A stretch of DNA of 64,000 bases from an uncultured Desulfobacteraceae bacterium (lineage in GTDB: Bacteria; Desulfobacterota; Desulfobacteria; Desulfobacterales; SKZT01): NCBI GenBank assembly GCA_964478625.1, contig CAYZJH010000001.1:76588-140587 (forward strand). Reading direction: 5' to 3'. Numbering within the stretch: position 1 is the stretch's first letter; each line of letters begins with the position of its first letter. Below the pieces are notes generated by a model, which worked only from the letters and a program-made list of their open reading frames with translations, had not been told where the DNA came from and made no database searches. The position numbers were made by a program, and so were the translations under genes. Of this stretch, positions 56,601 to 64,000 are shown piece by piece.

Positions 56601-56773
56601 CATTATATTTAACCACGCTCTAGTCACGAAGGAAACATTCCAAACACGGAACATGTTTCATGTGTTGGTATTGAAAGGCCGATCGGTTATCTTATTCCGA
56701 ACCGGCCTTTTTACTTTATTGAGCAAAATAGTCTTGGCCCTCGGGTCGAATCTTTTAAAAAGGCTCAGTGAAG

Positions 56774-57454
56774 ATGGCACTAAAAAATTATTACATTATA
56801 TTGGGAATTTCTCCAAATACGAGCGCTGAAGGCATCCGTGGCGCTTTTCGTCAATTAGCAAAAAAATTTCATCCGGATAAGGCAGGGGGGGAAAAAACGG
56901 CTTTTTTTCAAGATATTACAGAGGCTTATGAAGTTCTTTCCGACCCTGAAAAACGCAAGCTATATAACCAAAAGCTGACCAGCGAAACAAAACGTTTTCA
57001 AGACATTCCTGTACGTCAGGCTCCAGAGCCATTTAAAAGGAAAGAAAAAGATTTAAGTTCAAAACAGAAATATCAGCCCCACAGAAAACATGAATCTCCG
57101 ATAAATAATAAGGATAAAAACCGTCCGGAAAATGTTTATCAAAGACATGGATGGAGTGAATTTAACAGAAATATTCTAGAAATGGATGCATTCTTGACAC
57201 CTCAGGAGGCCTTCTCAGGATGCACCGTAGATCTGACGCTTTCTTTTCCGGTTCAATGCATGGCATGCGCCGGCACGGGGCGTGATTTTGTCTTTAATTG
57301 TATCCGATGCGGTGGAAGGGGCTATAGAATTATGAAGGTTCCCGTTGAAATCGATCTGCCGTCAAGATTAACCGATGGTGACAATATCAAAACCACTGTT
57401 GCTTTATCCCAAGAAAATTATTTGCATCTTTTAATTCATGTATATATTATCTGA
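56774..57454 (+). CDS. Truncated DnaJ-like co-chaperone (J domain plus a partial CxxCxGxG zinc finger, with no G/F region or full C-terminal domains).
   Basis: The J domain is YYIILGISPNTSAEGIRGAFRQLAKKFHPDK...AYEVLSDPEKRKLYN. Later comes CMACAGTGRDFVFNCIRCGGRGY. About 226 aa from the ATG at 56774. Confidence 0.75.
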   Translation: MALKNYYIILGISPNTSAEGIRGAFRQLAKKFHPDKAGGEKTAFFQDITEAYEVLSDPEKRKLYNQKLTSETKRFQDIPVRQAPEPFKRKEKDLSSKQKYQPHRKHESPINNKDKNRPENVYQRHGWSEFNRNILEMDAFLTPQEAFSGCTVDLTLSFPVQCMACAGTGRDFVFNCIRCGGRGYRIMKVPVEIDLPSRLTDGDNIKTTVALSQENYLHLLIHVYII

Positions 57455-57616
57455 GGAGTTTATGTGTGAAAAATTCCGGAACCGTATGCAAATGGTTGTC
57501 AGTTTAAGCATAATTTTCGGATTTATCACACAATCAATCCTTATCGCCGGCCTTTGTCCGATCAGGACTTAGGCTTAATTAGACCAAACTCACCATAACA
57601 GAAAGGATAAATAAAT

Positions 57617-59071
57617 ATGCCGCTTTTTATGGGTGCACGCAGAAAAACAACGCTAAAATACCATTTGTTACTGACCTTATTAGCCGGGGCATTGGTCTTT
57701 ACAAGTGTTTTTTCAGCCGAAGCAAAAACTGTTCCCCCGCCAATGGTACCCCAGAGTTTCACGGAATTGGCTGAGAGTGTCAGTCCAGCAGTTGTCAACA
57801 TCAGAACGGTAAAAACCATCAGAGGTGGTGGTCCGGTATTCAGACATTTCCAACGGGAGCCGTTTGGCCAGAATGACCCTTTCAGAGACTTTTTTGAGCG
57901 ATTTTTTGGTGAAGAACAGCAACGGGAATACAAGCAAAGAAGCTTGGGCTCCGGCTTTATCATAGATCCCGAGGGATATATCGTAACGAACAATCATGTG
58001 ATTGAAGGTGCTGATGAAATCGTTGTCAAATTAAAAAACGGAAAAGAATTCGATGCCGAGATTGTAGGCAGGGATCCTAATACTGATTTGGCATTGTTAA
58101 AAGTGAAATCTCCTGAAAATTTTCAAGCCTTAAAATTAGGGGATTCTGATCAGTTGAAGGTTGGTCAATGGGTAGTGGCAATTGGGAGCCCTTTCGGTCT
58201 GGAACAAACAGTTACAGCTGGAATCGTTAGTGCAAAAGGCCGAGTCATCGGTTCCGGTCCCTATGATGATTTTATTCAGACAGATGCATCCATAAACCCA
58301 GGAAACAGCGGGGGCCCACTTACCAACATGGAAGGTGAGGTTATCGGAATCAATACAGCTATAGTTGCTAGCGGACAAGGGATTGGATTTGCCATTCCGA
58401 TTAATTTAGCCAAAGGCATTATTGAACAGCTAAAAGCCACCGGGGAGGTAACCCGCGGATGGCTGGGTGTGGCAATTCAGGATCTCACCCAAGAGATGGC
58501 AGACTATTATAACCTTAAGGATCGTAAAGGGGTACTGGTAGCTAAGGTTTTTGAAAACGATCCCGCTGATAAAGCCGGGATAAAAGCGCAGGATATCATC
58601 ATTTCAGTTAACGGAAAAAAAATAGAGACCAGTAGGGAACTGACCTCAATGATTGCAGGCCTGGTTGTTGGAGAAAAAGCCAAAGTTACAGTGCTTCGCA
58701 ATGGAAAAGAGAAAACCTTTACAGTCGATATTGCCAAACGCGATGAAGATAAACTGGCATCCGGTAAACCATCGAGAAGCGAGGAAGCCGGAGAACTGGG
58801 TGTTCAGGTTTCTGATATTACACCAGAGATTGCCGATCGACTTAATATTACAGAAACCGAAGGGGTGGTGGTAATAGGAGTTGACCCCGCAAGTAAAAGC
58901 GCTGTAGCAGGAATACAAACAGGAGATGTCATACGAGAAATTAACCGTAATCGGGTCAAAAACGTTGAAGATTTTAAAAATATCCTCCTCACCATCAAGC
59001 AGGGGGAACCTATCAGCATGTTCATTCACAGGGTAAATGTAGGGTTTGTTGTAGTGAGAATGGTCAAATAG
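57617..59071 (+). CDS. Periplasmic serine endoprotease DegP/DegQ/HtrA with two PDZ domains.
   Basis: 484-aa ORF with a signal peptide. The catalytic triad contexts are TNNHV, DLALLKV and GNSGGPL, followed by two PDZ-like regions. Confidence 0.9.
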   Translation: MPLFMGARRKTTLKYHLLLTLLAGALVFTSVFSAEAKTVPPPMVPQSFTELAESVSPAVVNIRTVKTIRGGGPVFRHFQREPFGQNDPFRDFFERFFGEEQQREYKQRSLGSGFIIDPEGYIVTNNHVIEGADEIVVKLKNGKEFDAEIVGRDPNTDLALLKVKSPENFQALKLGDSDQLKVGQWVVAIGSPFGLEQTVTAGIVSAKGRVIGSGPYDDFIQTDASINPGNSGGPLTNMEGEVIGINTAIVASGQGIGFAIPINLAKGIIEQLKATGEVTRGWLGVAIQDLTQEMADYYNLKDRKGVLVAKVFENDPADKAGIKAQDIIISVNGKKIETSRELTSMIAGLVVGEKAKVTVLRNGKEKTFTVDIAKRDEDKLASGKPSRSEEAGELGVQVSDITPEIADRLNITETEGVVVIGVDPASKSAVAGIQTGDVIREINRNRVKNVEDFKNILLTIKQGEPISMFIHRVNVGFVVVRMVK

Positions 59072-59092
59072 GAAGGTCTTTTATGTTTTCAT

Positions 59093-59124
59093 AAAAGAGG
59101 GCGATTAAATAATCGCCCTCTTTT
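59093..59124. terminator. Bidirectional rho-independent terminator between degP/htrA and groEL.
   Basis: AAAAGAGGGCGATT-AAAT-AATCGCCCTCTTTT is a perfect 14-bp stem including the flanking A/T runs. Confidence 0.85.
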
Positions 59125-59183
59125 ATTACCATTTTACAATCAGGTAGTGGATTATTTACTTATTCCAAAATCATTTCTATCCA

Positions 59184-60824
<1,641 letters not shown>

Positions 60825-60835
60825 CTATGCTGAAA

Positions 60836-61123
60836 TTATTCCATAACACCTAATATGTCATCTTCTCTCATGAATAAATGCTCGACACCATCAATTTTTA
60901 TTTCAGTGCCCGCATATTTGGAAAAAAGAATACGATCACCGACTTTTACATCCATAGCGGTTCGTTTGCCATCTTCTCCCATCCTGCCCGGCCCTACTGC
61001 TACAATTTTACCCTGATGCGGTTTCTCTTTGGCAGAATCAGGGATTATTATCCCGCCAGGAGTTTTATTTTCTTGTTCTTCTCTCAACACCAGAATTCGG
61101 TCACCTAAAGGTCTGATCTTCAT
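60836..61123 (-). CDS. groES: Co-chaperonin GroES (Hsp10).
   Basis: 95-aa [15 protein letters not shown]...[24 protein letters not shown] is canonical. It lies 23 nt upstream of groEL. Confidence 0.95.
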   Translation of the reverse strand: MKIRPLGDRILVLREEQENKTPGGIIIPDSAKEKPHQGKIVAVGPGRMGEDGKRTAMDVKVGDRILFSKYAGTEIKIDGVEHLFMREDDILGVME

Positions 61124-61312
61124 ATTTCTTTATCCTCCTTTTTTTGTTTTTATCTGATTATAGCACTACGGTTCAGGTTCGATAAGACCTGGGAACCGCT
61201 TGATTTATTTGTCTGCAGGAAAGGTGGCTTTAGGGAAAACAGCCGCGGTTTAGGAAAGAAACATAAGTGGAGGTCGAATTGATTAATTTAACATAAAAAA
61301 ATGCCGATCTTT

Positions 61313-61342
61313 TCATTCGATTCTTGCTCCTCATTCGATTCT
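61313..61342. repeat. 12-nt direct repeat pair in the groES upstream region.
   Basis: TCATTCGATTCT occurs at 61313..61324 and again at 61331..61342 (18-nt register). This is about 190-220 nt upstream of the groES ATG, within a 430-nt noncoding gap. Confidence 0.4.
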
Positions 61343-61553
61343 GATCAATCACAGGGCCTGTCACCTGGCATAACCAAACATTAAATCAGGTACTGGAAAA
61401 CCTTACAACATCTGATTACCATATCTGCTGTAATTTCAAAATGTTAAAACGATATAAGCCTGTTTTTAACGTAAATAAATAATCACCATTTTTACCCTGT
61501 CAAGGCATTTGACACGCTTTTTTATGGTTTTTAAATGCTGAGTCTCACCCTCT

Positions 61554-62768
61554 TTATGGACAAGCATCAAGGTTGAGCCAGTGTCCCATTTTCAGCTTCT
61601 TGCATTCAAGATAGCACCTGTTAAATTCATTCGGTTCTATTTCAATCGGGACTTGTTCAACAATAGTGAGTCCATAACCCTGCAACCCAATAATCTTTTT
61701 TGGATTATTGGTCATTAACCGTATTTTTCTGACTCCCAAGTCTACCAGTACTTGAGCGCCGATTCCATAATTTCTGAGATCCGGTTTAAAACCAAGCTTC
61801 TGATTGGCTTCGACAGTATCCAGACCTTTATCCTGAAGGCAATACGCCTTAAGTTTGTTCACCAGACCGATGCCCCTTCCTTCCTGGCGAACATACAACA
61901 ATACGCCGGAACCCGCGTCATCCATCATTCTCATGGCTTTCTCAAGCTGATCACCGCAATCGCATCTGAGAGACCTGATAATATCTCCTGTGAAACATTC
62001 TGAGTGGACTCTGACCAAAACGGGTTCTTCAGGGACTATTTCTCCTTTTACTAGTGCAATATGTTGAAAATCTTCGACATCATTATCATAAATGATAATT
62101 TTGAACTCCCCGGCATGGGCTGTGGGAATAACAGATTCCACCGCCCTGTGAACAAAGGATTCCTTCTGCATCCGATATTCGATCAAATCCTGAATAGTGC
62201 ATATATTTATGCCGTGTTTTTTGCTGAATTCTTCCAAAGAAGGCATTCTTGCCATATTTCCGTCCTCATCCATGATTTCACAAATTACTCCTGAAGGATT
62301 CAGACCTGCTAATCTCGCCAGATCTACAGAACCTTCGGTCTGTCCTGCCCTGACAATGACACCGCCGGTTTTGGCTCTTAGCGGAAAAATATGGCCAGGC
62401 CTTACCAAATCAGTGGGTCTGGCTCCATCTGCAATCGCTGTAAGAATCGTTCTGGCACGGTCTTGCGCCGATGCCCCGGATGTCACGCCACATCGGGCAT
62501 CAATTGAAACAGTAAAACCTGTTTGAAAAGGTGAGGTGTTGTCCACCACCATAAGGGGCAATTCCAGAGACTCAACCTTTTCTTTTGTTAAAGAAAGACA
62601 AATAAGGCCTCGTCCATATTTGGCCATAAAGTTTATGACCTCCGGGGTAACCTTTTCTGCAGCAATCGTTAAGTCCCCTTCATTTTCTCGGTCTTCATCA
62701 TCGACAAGAATAACCATCCGGCCATCGGCAATATCTTGAATGGCCTCTTCTATTGAAACAATTGGCAT
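61554..62768 (-). CDS. ribBA: Bifunctional 3,4-dihydroxy-2-butanone-4-phosphate synthase / GTP cyclohydrolase II.
   Basis: 404-aa ORF. The RibB part has [11 protein letters not shown] and [12 protein letters not shown]. The RibA part has [11 protein letters not shown] with zinc cysteines (CDCG) and RQEGRGIGL. Confidence 0.95.
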   Translation of the reverse strand: MPIVSIEEAIQDIADGRMVILVDDEDRENEGDLTIAAEKVTPEVINFMAKYGRGLICLSLTKEKVESLELPLMVVDNTSPFQTGFTVSIDARCGVTSGASAQDRARTILTAIADGARPTDLVRPGHIFPLRAKTGGVIVRAGQTEGSVDLARLAGLNPSGVICEIMDEDGNMARMPSLEEFSKKHGINICTIQDLIEYRMQKESFVHRAVESVIPTAHAGEFKIIIYDNDVEDFQHIALVKGEIVPEEPVLVRVHSECFTGDIIRSLRCDCGDQLEKAMRMMDDAGSGVLLYVRQEGRGIGLVNKLKAYCLQDKGLDTVEANQKLGFKPDLRNYGIGAQVLVDLGVRKIRLMTNNPKKIIGLQGYGLTIVEQVPIEIEPNEFNRCYLECKKLKMGHWLNLDACP

Positions 62769-62786
62769 GAAAAATCTCCTATTTTT

Positions 62787-63716
62787 TTACTTTAAAGCAT
62801 TTACAATCACCAACACATTTTCTCTCATCATCCCGATGTATGTCGCCCCTGCGGTACCGACTTCCCCCATGGAATCAGAATATAGTTCTCCACCAACGAC
62901 CACACCTGTCTCACGGGCAATTTCACGAATCATTTTTGGGTTGACACTAGTTTCCAGAAAAATCGCCGGTGCTTGATAACTTTTGATCGAGTCAATGACA
63001 TTCTTAAGTCTCTGAGGCGTTATTCCGGCTCCCACCTCACTACCGGTCGACCATCCAACCGGCGCAAGACTTAAATAATTATGCTCGGCATTGAAACGAT
63101 ATTCTCTGCAAAAGTAGTTGAACGCATCATGACTTGAAACCAGAATTCGTTTTTGCGGAGCAATTTGATTCACCTGCTCCCGGATCCAGATATCCAACAC
63201 TCTCAATTGTTCCAGATATAGTTTGGCCCGAGCCTGGTATTCATCACTGTGATCCGGGTCTATCCCGATGACCGCCCTTGTGATATTGTTGACATATACA
63301 GCCGCATTCCTAGGCGAAAACCATGCATGAGGGTCCAGGATCTTTTCCCCCTCCTGTTCAATTTCCAGTGGCCGGATACCCTCCGTGCAAGTCACCAAGG
63401 GTTTGCCTGCATCTTTGGCCAAAACAGCCATCCAGTTTTTGCCTTCGAGATATAATCCATTTTGAAGTGCCAAATCGGCGGCCATAACCATTCGGGCATC
63501 CTGTGGGGTCGGCATGTAGGTATGCGGATCTGCACCGGGAGCTAAAATGCATTTCACAATACATCGATCACCCACAATTTGTGATGCAAAATCAGCAATT
63601 TGGGTTGTAGAAGCGACTAATACCGGACGATCACCAGTTTTTTTACACATACCGGTTTCTGAATTGATAAAAAAACTAAAAACCAGAACTAAAGAAATCA
63701 AAAGCACTCGGTGCAT
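62787..63716 (-). CDS. Metal (Zn/Mn) ABC-transporter substrate-binding lipoprotein, TroA/ZnuA family.
   Basis: The ORF track starts at 63761. The ATG at 63716 gives the signal-like MHRVLLISLVLVFSFF...GMC. Metal ligand contexts are GADPHTY, DPHAWFSP and SSHDAFNYF. It ends 18 nt upstream of ribBA. Confidence 0.8.
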   Translation of the reverse strand: MHRVLLISLVLVFSFFINSETGMCKKTGDRPVLVASTTQIADFASQIVGDRCIVKCILAPGADPHTYMPTPQDARMVMAADLALQNGLYLEGKNWMAVLAKDAGKPLVTCTEGIRPLEIEQEGEKILDPHAWFSPRNAAVYVNNITRAVIGIDPDHSDEYQARAKLYLEQLRVLDIWIREQVNQIAPQKRILVSSHDAFNYFCREYRFNAEHNYLSLAPVGWSTGSEVGAGITPQRLKNVIDSIKSYQAPAIFLETSVNPKMIREIARETGVVVGGELYSDSMGEVGTAGATYIGMMRENVLVIVNALK

Positions 63717-63878
63717 ATATTTTACCCAAACTGATCGATTTGGCAGGGAAGTATCCGTCATACCGGCGATAGCCGGAATCCAAGAGATTAACCACCGGAC
63801 TAGAAACCGGCCTTCGCCGGTATGGTGTCATTAGATTCTCCCAAATAAAATCGCTAATTTTAGATTTTGATATGTTCA

Positions 63879-63894
63879 ATCAGGTTATCCTGAT
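63879..63894. promoter_or_regulatory. Inverted repeat upstream of the metal-binding-protein/ribBA operon, a possible metalloregulator site.
   Basis: ATCAGG-TTAT-CCTGAT has 6-bp arms and a 4-nt spacer. It lies about 165 nt upstream of the proposed start codon. Confidence 0.25.
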
Positions 63895-64000
63895 CATGGT
63901 TTAAACAAAACCTATAAAATGCATTTTCCAAACAAACGGGGATGATCTAATACAGGTTTTGTGCTCCAATATCAAACTTGGCTTAATATCGGCAAATGGA

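Noticed and set aside
61124-61260. Looked for a CIRCE/HrcA operator (TTAGCACTC-N9-GAGTGCTAA) upstream of groES.
   Set aside because: Only a fragment-like 'TAGCACTAC' is present, with no inverted partner at the correct spacing. It is not a credible CIRCE element.
62769-62786. Possible FMN riboswitch ahead of ribBA.
   Set aside because: Only 18 nt separate ribBA from the upstream gene, so there is no room for a ~130-nt FMN element. The region upstream of the binding-protein gene shows no FMN-riboswitch core sequence that I could recognise.

Overview
This window reads as ordinary core chromosome of a sulfate-reducing deltaproteobacterium (Desulfobacterales-like, moderately low GC). All calls come from motif recognition in the six-frame translations; no database search was run. 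Identified genes: a dsrA-dsrB-dsrD-dsrN dissimilatory sulfite reductase cluster; a NuoF/HndC-like flavoprotein with a small NuoG-N-terminal-like FeS protein; pilMNOPQ behind a small XRE regulator; a beta-oxidation pair (thiolase and a fused 3-hydroxyacyl-CoA dehydrogenase/enoyl-CoA hydratase); tatA/B-tatC-purN; gltA; a phoB/phoR-like pair; sufC-sufB/D; an operon of an alkyl-DHAP-synthase-like flavoenzyme, a GlpD-like dehydrogenase and a TPR-methyltransferase; a proteostasis region (four tandem Hsp20 genes, a truncated DnaJ-like protein, DegP/HtrA, groES-groEL); ribBA behind a metal-binding lipoprotein; plus housekeeping genes and a few orphans. I found no tRNA/rRNA genes, CRISPR arrays, transposases, integrases or recognisable defence genes. 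The best hidden signal is a signal-peptide rhodanese ORF that stops at an in-frame TGA in its active-site loop (YCA-TGA-PGEG). It continues in frame for 41 codons that complete the rhodanese fold, and a GC-rich hairpin follows the TGA, so it is a probable selenocysteine sulfurtransferase (38700..39116, minus) downstream of an uncharacterised permease. Secondary leads: the putative ether-lipid operon, the A-B-A-B small heat-shock array with a long AT-rich leader, a perfect 28-bp palindrome in front of the beta-oxidation operon, and a histidine kinase translationally coupled to a 95-aa non-receiver protein.
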